Assembly: GCA_963701295.1 (NCBI GenBank)
Contig: OY969585.1
Location: forward strand, 576,001-640,000
DNA: 64,000 nucleotides
From: Ignavibacteriota bacterium
GTDB lineage: Bacteria > Bacteroidota > Ignavibacteria > UBA10030
Direction of reading: 5' to 3'
Shown here piece after piece: positions 7,703 through 17,066 of this stretch. Within the stretch, counting starts at the first letter, position 1. Each line of letters begins with the position of its first letter. The notes below the pieces were generated by a model. The model was not told where the DNA came from. It worked only from the letters and a program-made list of their open reading frames with translations, and ran no database searches. The position numbers and the translations under genes are program-made.

Positions 7703-9205
7703 CTAATTTTTAATTGCTAGGGAGAACCTGCAGCCACCCTCCAGAAGATTCTCGACATCAAGCTGCCACCCACACTTTCCTACAGCAAGTTGATGTGCAA
7801 TATAGCATCCGTATCCGGAATGAGATTCAGAAGCCCTCTTTGTCGTTTCATGTTCCAGGAAGAGCTTCTTGACACCTTTTGGTCCAAGCTCCAAAAGTTC
7901 CGGAATAATCCCTATTCCATTGTCGGTAATATAGATATATGAGACTTGTTCTTTCCGATCGTATTTCGTTTGGACGTGAATCACAACAAAACTCACTCCA
8001 CAATGATCGATGCTATTTTGGATCAGCGGCTCCAAAATCTCCCATACGTTGAATTCATTGACACGAATGAGAGGAAGTGAGGGATCTAAATCAAGTTTCA
8101 ACTCAAACATCTCGTTTTTGCTTGAAATACGCAAGAACACATGCTGGACAATAAACTCGATTACTGAATTTACATTTGTGCGAAACATTGAATTGATAAT
8201 CGTATTAATATCCTGATCATACCACTTCATGTCATAAATAATTCTTGAGATAAAGTTGGAATAAGTAATAACTCGTTGTTTGAGCTCATTGAGATTTTCG
8301 GAGTTCATCTTTCGGACATCATCTTTTATGAATCCCATAATCTTTTCTGCTTTGTGATGTGTATGGTAAATTCGTTTCGTAAAAAGTGATTCCTTCTCCA
8401 GACGAATCTGTTTTTCGAGGTTTTCCTCATGCTCGAGGAATAGCTCTTCCTGCACCTTGTTACGCTCACTCACTGCGCGCGACGAGACGATGAAAATAGC
8501 AATCAGCCCAATAAGAATGAGTGCAGAAAATATCAGAGCTACTTTATCAAAGCTGGATGTAATCTCTGTTGTAAGAAAGGAAAAGTCCGGAGTAATGCGG
8601 AAATACAGGACACCCAATAATTCACCATCGGGAACAAAGGGAACGATCACATCGAATGTTTTTTCATTCGTGACAGCACTGAGTATTTTTTCATTGCGTC
8701 GCATCTCATCCCAGGCGCTCAAGTAAAACTGGATACCGGTTTTGTGAGGCGTATTTGTTTCTCCCTCATACGGCACGAGTGACCCGTCGAAATAGGCAGA
8801 CATCTTTTGTCCGCTATCAATGATATAGATTCGATCCTCTTTCACAAGAATCAAGCAAATATCATCCACACTGCGGTGGATTTGCTGCTGCTTAAAAATT
8901 ACATTTAAGGAATGGGCAAGACTCATTTCAGTGCTATCCTGCTGGGCTCGAAGACGCTGTTGACGCTCAAACAATAATTCTACGTTCGTCGTCGTAACCA
9001 ACGCAAGACGCTCTGCATAATATTTTTGAAACCAACTCTGGGTATCCCTCAAAAAATTCCCGAGTGTCGCTTTCTGAAAAAATATCAGTATAATCTGGAA
9101 GGAAATGAGGACGAAGAAAATGACGATGATATGCCGGATTTCGAATTGATACCGCGTTAATTTAACTTTAATCTTTTCTGGGAGATGAATGTGAAAACCC
9201 AACAT
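7703..9205 (-). CDS. Membrane sensor histidine kinase (atypical H-box)
   Basis: Two TM segments flank a periplasmic domain; HATPase boxes LIQNSIDH, DNGIGI, GYGCYI; lies directly upstream of the response regulator. Confidence 0.85.
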   Translation of the reverse strand: MLGFHIHLPEKIKVKLTRYQFEIRHIIVIFFVLISFQIILIFFQKATLGNFLRDTQSWFQKYYAERLALVTTTNVELLFERQQRLRAQQDSTEMSLAHSLNVIFKQQQIHRSVDDICLILVKEDRIYIIDSGQKMSAYFDGSLVPYEGETNTPHKTGIQFYLSAWDEMRRNEKILSAVTNEKTFDVIVPFVPDGELLGVLYFRITPDFSFLTTEITSSFDKVALIFSALILIGLIAIFIVSSRAVSERNKVQEELFLEHEENLEKQIRLEKESLFTKRIYHTHHKAEKIMGFIKDDVRKMNSENLNELKQRVITYSNFISRIIYDMKWYDQDINTIINSMFRTNVNSVIEFIVQHVFLRISSKNEMFELKLDLDPSLPLIRVNEFNVWEILEPLIQNSIDHCGVSFVVIHVQTKYDRKEQVSYIYITDNGIGIIPELLELGPKGVKKLFLEHETTKRASESHSGYGCYIAHQLAVGKCGWQLDVENLLEGGCRFSLAIKN

Positions 9206-9208
9206 GGT

Positions 9209-10516
9209 TCACCTGCCCCTCGTTTGACTACCTTCTGCTTCGATAGAAGTTTGCACGCTCTGCAATGCCTTCTCTACCGACATCTTACCTAGGATAGCCA
9301 AATAAAAATAGCGCGCCATAATCTTCGAATATTTCGTATAGTTATCCTGCATAGGCCTATAAACACCAAAAGCCATCATGCCCTTCATTGTGTATATTTC
9401 CGGATATCGTTGACGATATGTCGAATCATTATAAAATGAATTTATCACAGGACAATATCCCCCTTTTGTATAGAATATTTCCTGCGATTCATCACTCAAT
9501 AAGAATTTTACAAAGTCGATTACGGCTTCTTTCTTCGTACTTGACTTCGACATCATCAGATTCCAACCGCCAAAGACATACGTAGGTTTCCCTTCAGGAA
9601 GATAAGGAATTTGTGCTTTCTTCAGATGTTTTTCCTTGTTATGATCAATGGATGCGTTCATAAAATCTTTGTCATAGCTTGTCCACCCACGAATGAATAG
9701 GCCGTCATTACGGATGAAATATTCATAACTTGATACATCTGTGAAATTACTTACCACCGGTGGTGTTACATGGTACCGGTGGACGAGATCCACTAAAAGC
9801 TGGAGAGCAGTTTTTGCTTCAGGCGTATCAAACTGAAAACCTACTGTTTCGAAATAGTTCGGACGCAGACTCAAGAGAATTTCAATGTAGCTGCATATAA
9901 GGCCTTCAAATTCCGCGGCAGGAAAAATATAGAACGGTTCTTTCGCCTTCAATCGTGTTTTCAGTTTTAAAAAATCAGGCCATGTGATTCCTTTTTTGAC
10001 CGCCTCAATTTCTTTTTCGCCGTTGGGAAACCGTTTCAATAAATCTTCCCGAAAGTACATTACTCCCTGAACACGATCGAGAGGAACCGCGACAAGTTCT
10101 CCTTCATGATAGCATGTCCGCAATGCAGTTTCAGTGAATCCCTTACGCTCTTCGTCAGTAAAGTACTTCCCAAGCGGTTCACACCACTTGGCAAACCTAT
10201 GCACCCAAATGATATCGACTGCGAGCAAATCAATAGCGTCATCTTCTCCGCGCAAGGAACGGGCGAGCACTTCCTTCCGTCCATCGGTGCTAAAATCCTC
10301 AAGCGGGAAATCAATCGGAATCACCTTAACTGAGCCGGCATGCATAGAATTATACTTATCGATGAGAATGCGATGTGCTTCCGTTACGCGATCTGCAAAA
10401 TGGATTTCCGTCACAGATTTTTGTGTTCGGTGACTAAAAATATAAAAGGTCAACACATAAAGGAGCGCAAGAGCTGCAAGAAGTCCAATCCCGATTAATT
10501 GTTTACTCGTCATCAA
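9209..10516 (-). CDS. Extracellular sugar solute-binding protein (SBP family 1)
   Basis: N-terminal anchor; DLLAVDIIWVHRFA, GELVAVP, FGGWNLMM, AVIDFVKFLLS. Confidence 0.88.
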   Translation of the reverse strand: MMTSKQLIGIGLLAALALLYVLTFYIFSHRTQKSVTEIHFADRVTEAHRILIDKYNSMHAGSVKVIPIDFPLEDFSTDGRKEVLARSLRGEDDAIDLLAVDIIWVHRFAKWCEPLGKYFTDEERKGFTETALRTCYHEGELVAVPLDRVQGVMYFREDLLKRFPNGEKEIEAVKKGITWPDFLKLKTRLKAKEPFYIFPAAEFEGLICSYIEILLSLRPNYFETVGFQFDTPEAKTALQLLVDLVHRYHVTPPVVSNFTDVSSYEYFIRNDGLFIRGWTSYDKDFMNASIDHNKEKHLKKAQIPYLPEGKPTYVFGGWNLMMSKSSTKKEAVIDFVKFLLSDESQEIFYTKGGYCPVINSFYNDSTYRQRYPEIYTMKGMMAFGVYRPMQDNYTKYSKIMARYFYLAILGKMSVEKALQSVQTSIEAEGSQTRGR

Positions 10517-10937
10517 AGATGCATTTCCTTTCTCAATTGATTATTTGAATAAGTGCATTCAATAGTATTGTATATGTAATGTGTCGTCTTGTTTCTGTAA
10601 AGTCAACCGTGTAAAATATAGACTCCTGAGATAATAATAGGATATTCCATCTAACATGATAAAGTCCTATGTAGCTCATAATGACGGATAGTGCCATGAT
10701 TTTGTCCCTCCGATTCTTTGATAGTACCCTGGCTATCCAAGTCTAGTGATCCAATCGAACCATAATCAATGATCAGGACCAAAATTGAGATGCAGCTTTG
10801 CGCTGGACTTCCCACCCTAATTTTCCATCGCATAAAAAGAGGCATTGACTGCACTCAAAGGTTTTATTGCCAAGCCCAATGTCCTTTTATTAATTATACA
10901 CAGAAGTACAGAATTTGAAATTGTTATGAGATTTCTG

Positions 10938-11033
10938 TCACCGTACTTTTCGGATATCTCTATGTCTATTATCATTTACAAACTCAAAACACAACGGAAG
11001 ACTTGTGAGAAAATTTCTTCTTTCCATCATCAT
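10938..11033 (-). pseudogene. Short ORF / gene remnant with strong RBS and Tat-like RRNFL start
   Basis: AGGAGAT-ATG ATG ATG; MMMERRNFLTSLPLCFEFVNDNRHRDIRKVR*. Confidence 0.3.
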
Positions 11034-11094
11034 ATCTCCTCGTTTGATAATCGATAAAATCGAATAAACCTAAAGAGATCCTTTTACATCAAGA

Positions 11095-13581
11095 TTACTT
11101 GTTCAATAACCAATCTGCCGCCATAGTTAAGAACATGAAATCCGTTGCTCCTCCACCCATCACATATTCCGTCTGCTGCCAGAAATAGGGCCATATTTTC
11201 AACTCAGGTAAGTCTGGACGAATTATAGCCGTACCGCTCCCTACACCACCTGGAATATATGACCATTCATCTCTGTTGACACCGTAAGCCACTGTCAAGG
11301 ATTTCACTCCAACACCCGAAGCGAACGATGCAGTGTTTTCGCCAGGATGACATCCAAGAATGAAATTCATCGCGTTGAAGGCATATTCAGATGTAAAGAT
11401 CTTGGGAAAACCTAAATAGAGACAGAGTTGCTTGACACCGAATGATTGAATGCTCCACCCCGCTCCCCAGACGTACGGTTTATATGGTACACCATAAGGA
11501 TTCTGTTTCTGTAGTTCGATAATTTTCTCGAATGCTTTCTTGACAGCTTTCTCAATTTTTCCGGTGAATTCATTATTACCCATTTTTGCAGTAACCCTAC
11601 CGATGGTCTCACTGAAATATTCAATATTATCGGTCAATGAGTCTACATATTTTTGTAGATATAATTCATATTCATTTTTCGAAGTTGTTAAGTACAGCTC
11701 GGCAATTGCATTAGCTCTGAGCGTCGGCATTGCAGAGGAATTGCTTTTGCAGAGTTCTTCTGAAATCTTCAAACACTTGCCAGCCAATTCAGGATTATAT
11801 GTTTTCAGCACTCTACACGCTGCAGCCAATACTTGCGCGGTATAGAGTTCTCGTTGAGGATTTTTTTCTGTGAATACCAATCGATCATCTTCCGGCAACG
11901 GTTGACCGAGTATTGGATCTTCTTTATTTTCTTTGTAAACAAGATTATCAGTTATTGTCGAAGCGTCACCTAGATGCACATATTGCTGAAGAGAAACTTC
12001 TTGAATTCCTCGATACAATCTTCCCATCGATTCATATGAACTAACTATGCTTAATACACCATGTTCAATTTGTTGAAGGATATCTGATTTTCCATCCGGT
12101 TTATGAATTTCTACAATTCTTGTCTCTTGATTGATGGACGTCTCGTCATAATTGTTTCCAAAGAACTCATATGCCAGTGCAAGCTTATAGATTGTTTCAG
12201 CTTGCGATTCTATTCTCAGATCATAGTCACCGGCATCATGCCACCCACCAACATTTAATCCAGGCACATGCTCTCCGGATTTGAATTTTGTTAATGTGGA
12301 TTCTAGCTGATAATAACCATCAAAGTGATTATAGTTGATCGGAGCCATAACGGCATCATCCATATGACAGATTCCATGCCATGTTTTGTATCGGTCTTTG
12401 ATTTTCATATGGCACATTTGTACCGGGAGAAAATATTCTAATGTCGGCTGCCATACATGTCTAGCAAAAATATCTCTTTTGATTTCAAATTCATTCGATT
12501 CGACATTGCCATATTGTATTTTGTACAACCCTTCGTCCGCCACATCACTGAAGTCAAATCGCACATACTGATACCGCAAGAATCGTCCCCACGGCTTTGG
12601 AGCAATATCTGCTTTGACCGTTGTTACGGAATCCTCACTAATTTTAAGAAGCTGAACCGGCTCAAAGTTCTCCGTCAATTTATCTAACTCGATTACTGCG
12701 AATTTTGCTTGCTTCGGATGATATCCTATTTGAGACACTTGAATGACCAGCTTATACTTCCAGCCAGGGTTTCGTTTTGGCGTGATTATCCATTCGACTG
12801 CATTTTTGGCGGTACCAGCAGGGATGGTCGATCGTAAGACAAACCATCCGTTGTTATGCAAACCTCTTCCATCAATCAGTTGAAGATCATTTGTTCTGCT
12901 TATAATCTTCAGCTCTTTTCCTATTCTTGTCGGTGCAATGAGCAGTTTTTTCCCTACAGCCAATGGAGTGATTTGGATATTTCCATCTTCATCTCTTTTC
13001 ATTGGACCGTTTGCCTGACGAGGAAAAATACCCGTTTTATTATCCATAAAATAATGCTCGCCAAAGTAATGGCCCGGGAATAATTCCAAATTGAATCCGA
13101 CTTTATTTGCCCACTCCCTGGGGAGGGGTTTTTCGAGATCAACGATAAGTCTTATACTGCCTCCTACTGCTTCAGACCGAATGGTATATTTGAATGTCAA
13201 ATCAGGATAGCGAATCGGGTTAAATCCCTTTTGATTCCTGCTGGAATCCGGATACCACAGATCAACAGAAATCGTTCCCCTCTCTCTATCGATATATTTT
13301 CCACCAATCTTCGGAATTGGTGACCATTGTCCCGGTGTTGGCTCAAGCCGAATATCTCCGTTCGCTGCAACTCGTGTACCGCATTGTATGATGGTCAAGC
13401 CGCTTTGATGACCTTCAGGGTAAAAATCATCAAACATCATGATATTAATCCCTTGAGCCTCATAGTACCCTTCAGTATTTACATGAAGAGTTGTATCAGG
13501 TTGTGCCGAACCAGAATATGAAATCGTTGTGAAACAAAGAATGAGCATTGAAATTATAGTATATTGAACCATCTTTATCAC
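11095..13581 (-). CDS. Glycoside hydrolase family 9 with N-terminal extension and Ig-like domain, secreted
   Basis: Signal peptide; QVSQIGYHP (CelD-N-like); GGWHDAGDY GH9 motif; C-terminal QTEY. Confidence 0.88.
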   Translation of the reverse strand: MIKMVQYTIISMLILCFTTISYSGSAQPDTTLHVNTEGYYEAQGINIMMFDDFYPEGHQSGLTIIQCGTRVAANGDIRLEPTPGQWSPIPKIGGKYIDRERGTISVDLWYPDSSRNQKGFNPIRYPDLTFKYTIRSEAVGGSIRLIVDLEKPLPREWANKVGFNLELFPGHYFGEHYFMDNKTGIFPRQANGPMKRDEDGNIQITPLAVGKKLLIAPTRIGKELKIISRTNDLQLIDGRGLHNNGWFVLRSTIPAGTAKNAVEWIITPKRNPGWKYKLVIQVSQIGYHPKQAKFAVIELDKLTENFEPVQLLKISEDSVTTVKADIAPKPWGRFLRYQYVRFDFSDVADEGLYKIQYGNVESNEFEIKRDIFARHVWQPTLEYFLPVQMCHMKIKDRYKTWHGICHMDDAVMAPINYNHFDGYYQLESTLTKFKSGEHVPGLNVGGWHDAGDYDLRIESQAETIYKLALAYEFFGNNYDETSINQETRIVEIHKPDGKSDILQQIEHGVLSIVSSYESMGRLYRGIQEVSLQQYVHLGDASTITDNLVYKENKEDPILGQPLPEDDRLVFTEKNPQRELYTAQVLAAACRVLKTYNPELAGKCLKISEELCKSNSSAMPTLRANAIAELYLTTSKNEYELYLQKYVDSLTDNIEYFSETIGRVTAKMGNNEFTGKIEKAVKKAFEKIIELQKQNPYGVPYKPYVWGAGWSIQSFGVKQLCLYLGFPKIFTSEYAFNAMNFILGCHPGENTASFASGVGVKSLTVAYGVNRDEWSYIPGGVGSGTAIIRPDLPELKIWPYFWQQTEYVMGGGATDFMFLTMAADWLLNK

Positions 13582-13632
13582 AGAATGCCTCCCAGAAAAA
13601 TATCAATTATAAATAATGTGCATTTTCGAACA

Positions 13633-14502
13633 TTACTTTTTTATTAAAGGTTCGAAAATGAACTGCATACCTCGTGTATACCCTTCCGGCTTTGAACTTG
13701 CATGATACGCATCGTCAAGAATGCGAAAATTATATCTGAAGTTTTTATAATTATGTTTTTTAAGTGCTTCGTCAAACCGTTTTATTCCCTGAAGAAATTC
13801 CGGCTGATCTGCAAATTCCTTTTCTGCGCCAGTCATGAACAGCGCAACCGGTAAATCTGGATGTTGCATGTGAAACTTTTCCTCAAGTCTAAAAAGCCAA
13901 TCATTATCCCATACAGCAGCAGGACTGATGGCAATGTACGCATTGAATAAGTTCGGTCTGGTAAACATAGCATATAATGTAAAGAGACCTCCCAACGAAC
14001 TTCCGCCCAAAGCACGAAAACAAGTATCAACGCGGTAGTGTGTTTCCATAAAAGGAATAAATTCGTGTTCGACAACTTTCAAATATTCAGGAGCACCACC
14101 GGTTCCCTCATAATTCTGCGGTTTAGTCGGCGTATAATCATATGATCTTAATTTCCCATAATCAAGATTTTCTCCTTTATACGAAAAGCCGACAAGAAAA
14201 CACTCACGGATGGTTTTATCAAAAATTTGATCACCATATATCATTGCAAGCAATGCAAAATCATAATATCCGTCACAAAAATAGACAACAGGATAACTTT
14301 TCGTTGTATCTTTATGATAACTATAGGGAAAATTAATAATGAGTTCATAATCCTGACCGGCAATCTTCGAGTGCACTTCCCTAATTTCTGTCCCACGCAT
14401 CTCGAACCATCGAATGTTTTCCTTCGTTTTCTGTCCATAGAGAGATGTACAACAAAGAATTAAAACAGTACTTAATAAATATATGGTACTCTGTTTATGC
14501 AT
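13633..14502 (-). CDS. Alpha/beta hydrolase (IroE/Fes-like esterase), secreted
   Basis: YPVVYFCDG, YDYTP, nucleophile elbow GSSLGG, C-terminal His; signal peptide. Confidence 0.85.
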   Translation of the reverse strand: MHKQSTIYLLSTVLILCCTSLYGQKTKENIRWFEMRGTEIREVHSKIAGQDYELIINFPYSYHKDTTKSYPVVYFCDGYYDFALLAMIYGDQIFDKTIRECFLVGFSYKGENLDYGKLRSYDYTPTKPQNYEGTGGAPEYLKVVEHEFIPFMETHYRVDTCFRALGGSSLGGLFTLYAMFTRPNLFNAYIAISPAAVWDNDWLFRLEEKFHMQHPDLPVALFMTGAEKEFADQPEFLQGIKRFDEALKKHNYKNFRYNFRILDDAYHASSKPEGYTRGMQFIFEPLIKK

Positions 14503-14590
14503 GATAAGCCCTTTCTATTTTTATATTCTAAGGCTTAAAAACAAATCTGTTATTTATCTAAATAAATTCAATTCTCATGTCAAAATAACT

Positions 14591-16783
14591 TTATTTTTCT
14601 TTTAAGAAATCTTCGTGTGTCAGTATCTTAGGATAACTGTAGAGATCCCTTATTTGCTGTGGAGTATTATGTGTATCGACAAAATTTCCCCAGACCATAA
14701 ACCATGTCCACAGAGGTTGACGTGCCAAAATATCCGGAGGCGGCACTTCTCCCACTTCGCCCAGAGCGATCACTTTCCCTTGACCGAGTTTAACAAGATC
14801 ATCGTGATGACTTTGTCTATAATCACTGTGATAGACATCTGCAGCCAGGACATCAACATACTCTAATCCCGGGAAATAATCTTCATAGGCGTATGCTTCG
14901 TCGTTTATCAACTGACGGGGCGCATTCGTGTTCCATACCCAAATCAAATTGTTGAGTTTGTGATAATTGACAAACCGATCAAACAGCATCCTGTACAATT
15001 TGGCAGATCCATTCTCTCCTTTCCTGTCTCCCCACCAGAACCAGACTCCATTCAATTCATGATACGGTCTCCAGAGAACAGGCACACCACGGATCTGCAA
15101 TTCCTTCAGATATGCAGCAATGGTATCCACCCTGCTTATCCACTTAGAATTTAATTTTGTGCCTGGCGTTATTAATTCTTCCCATTCCTTGTCAGTCATC
15201 TTCGCTTGCACGCTTTCTTTCCAACTAAATGGCGGATCGTCTTGTGGTCTCCCAACATGCCACATTAAAGTAACAATGTATCCATCGTTATATTTCTCGT
15301 AAGCTGTTTGAATAAGCGTATCTGTATATCCTTTACGAAAGTATCCTGCAAAATCGCAGCCCCATATTTCCGGTAATTTTCCAGTAAGCTCCTTTACACG
15401 GTTTGGATATGTATCTGTTCTCCCGACATAATTATGATGACCAGCAATAATATTTTTACCGCTGATAGAATATAAATACTCCAATAATTTTCTTGCTTGA
15501 GGGATGGCATTCTTGTTTACCGGATCAAAATGCTTTTGACCAGGGATGAGTGTCTGACTCTTGAGTCTGTTTATGCAGTTTATCAACGCCCTGGATGTGT
15601 GGTAGTTACCTTTCCAAATTGAGCCTTTTGGAGAATACTTCAAGTTTGGTACGATATCTATACCACCCCAATACCAACCTCCATGTTCTTGATCGATAAG
15701 ATACTTTTTGCAGTAGTTCCACTGAATACAGAATTTTTCATAATATTGTTGCTTATCATGAGGGAAGAGATCCGACATCATCAAAAAGGAATTGAGAGCT
15801 TCCACCTGCGACCACCATTCTTTGGTGTTTCGTACAATCACTGCATTCTTTTCTCCAGGGAAATAGTACCCACCGTCAAAAAGACCTCCACGTTCTTTAT
15901 CCCAACCGTTTCGCAATGCATGATCGACCATCTTTTTAGCAACCCTGAGCGTCGTCGTATCGTTTTTCATACCCAGTGCTTCCGATGCCTCCAACATCAG
16001 ATAAGCCGTCTCGACATCATGGCCAAATGAAACATGATCAAATTCGTAATTCTTCATTCGAACGGCTGCAGTAGAATCCATATAGGATACGGGAGTCAAA
16101 TCACGTTTTAAGAATAATGTCAAATATCCTCTGTCTGTCGTAATGATATCCCGTACCAATCGCAACATTGAGGATAAGCGTTCTTTGAGTGTTGAATCCG
16201 GCCAGACTTCATAAAGCTCAGTGAAACATTCGAGTATGTGGATTGAAGAGTTCTGGTCTTTGGGTGGTGACGCTTTATATCCTTCTCTAAAAGGAATTCC
16301 GTCTTGGGACATGAATTGATAATAACCGCCATGGTGAGGATCATAGCTGTGCTTCTCGAGCCACCAAAAAGTTTCCTGAGCAAGTTTCAGCGCAGCAGTA
16401 TCACCCGAAGCCCGGTAATAAGCGGCTAATCCGTAGATGGCAAAAGCATTTCCATATGCTGTTTTAATGATTTCCCCGAATTCTTTGAGCGGTTCCCCTT
16501 CTCTCGAAACGAGATTAAAGAAACCGCCAAACTCTTTATCCCATATTTTATGTTTTAGGAACTGTACACCGTAGCCAGCCACTTTGCGAAGCGCATTATC
16601 TTTCTGATAAAACATACAAGCATTTGCTGTTGACCAAATATGGCGAGACTGTGTAACAATCATCTTGTTTTGCCTGCCGTCCAGTTTCCATTTATAATCT
16701 ATATCACTAAAATAACCTCCAAACGATGTGTCTATTGATAAAGGATACCAACATCCAAATTCAGTATCGAGAACTTTCTGCAT
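14591..16783 (-). CDS. AGE-family cellobiose/mannobiose 2-epimerase fused to a C-terminal GH26 beta-mannanase (ancestral start probably 16930; in-frame TGA at 16802-16804)
   Basis: N-half: QSRHIW, AYGNAFAIY, KDQNSSIH, SFGHDVE, WWSQVE, WKGNYH. C-half: PVLWRPYHELNGVWFWWG, YFPGLEYVDVLAADVY, IALGEVG. Confidence 0.9.
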   Translation of the reverse strand: MQKVLDTEFGCWYPLSIDTSFGGYFSDIDYKWKLDGRQNKMIVTQSRHIWSTANACMFYQKDNALRKVAGYGVQFLKHKIWDKEFGGFFNLVSREGEPLKEFGEIIKTAYGNAFAIYGLAAYYRASGDTAALKLAQETFWWLEKHSYDPHHGGYYQFMSQDGIPFREGYKASPPKDQNSSIHILECFTELYEVWPDSTLKERLSSMLRLVRDIITTDRGYLTLFLKRDLTPVSYMDSTAAVRMKNYEFDHVSFGHDVETAYLMLEASEALGMKNDTTTLRVAKKMVDHALRNGWDKERGGLFDGGYYFPGEKNAVIVRNTKEWWSQVEALNSFLMMSDLFPHDKQQYYEKFCIQWNYCKKYLIDQEHGGWYWGGIDIVPNLKYSPKGSIWKGNYHTSRALINCINRLKSQTLIPGQKHFDPVNKNAIPQARKLLEYLYSISGKNIIAGHHNYVGRTDTYPNRVKELTGKLPEIWGCDFAGYFRKGYTDTLIQTAYEKYNDGYIVTLMWHVGRPQDDPPFSWKESVQAKMTDKEWEELITPGTKLNSKWISRVDTIAAYLKELQIRGVPVLWRPYHELNGVWFWWGDRKGENGSAKLYRMLFDRFVNYHKLNNLIWVWNTNAPRQLINDEAYAYEDYFPGLEYVDVLAADVYHSDYRQSHHDDLVKLGQGKVIALGEVGEVPPPDILARQPLWTWFMVWGNFVDTHNTPQQIRDLYSYPKILTHEDFLKEK

Positions 16784-16992
16784 CTCGATTATGATTGTAT
16801 CTCAATGTACTTGTACATCATTCGAAAAAATTCTTGCGAAGGTTTTCCCAGTGGCAAATAAAGAAAACAGGGCAACAAGAACGATTAATGAATGCAGTGT
16901 TAATTTGTTTTTCATTTTGTACATGCTCATCGCGGTATTTTCATAATAACAAGTTCGAACGGTTTTCATTTATTTGAAGTTGGAAAAATAAA

Positions 16993-17037
16993 CTGAGGCT
17001 GGCAAGGACATATATTATTGCCCTTTTCCAGCCTCAG
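16993..17037 (-). terminator. Stem-loop downstream of the GH5 gene
   Basis: 10-bp inverted repeat CTGAGGCTGG / CCAGCCTCAG followed by a T-rich tract on the minus strand. Confidence 0.6.
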
Positions 17038-17066
17038 AAGGATTTTCCAATATCATTAAGGAATCC

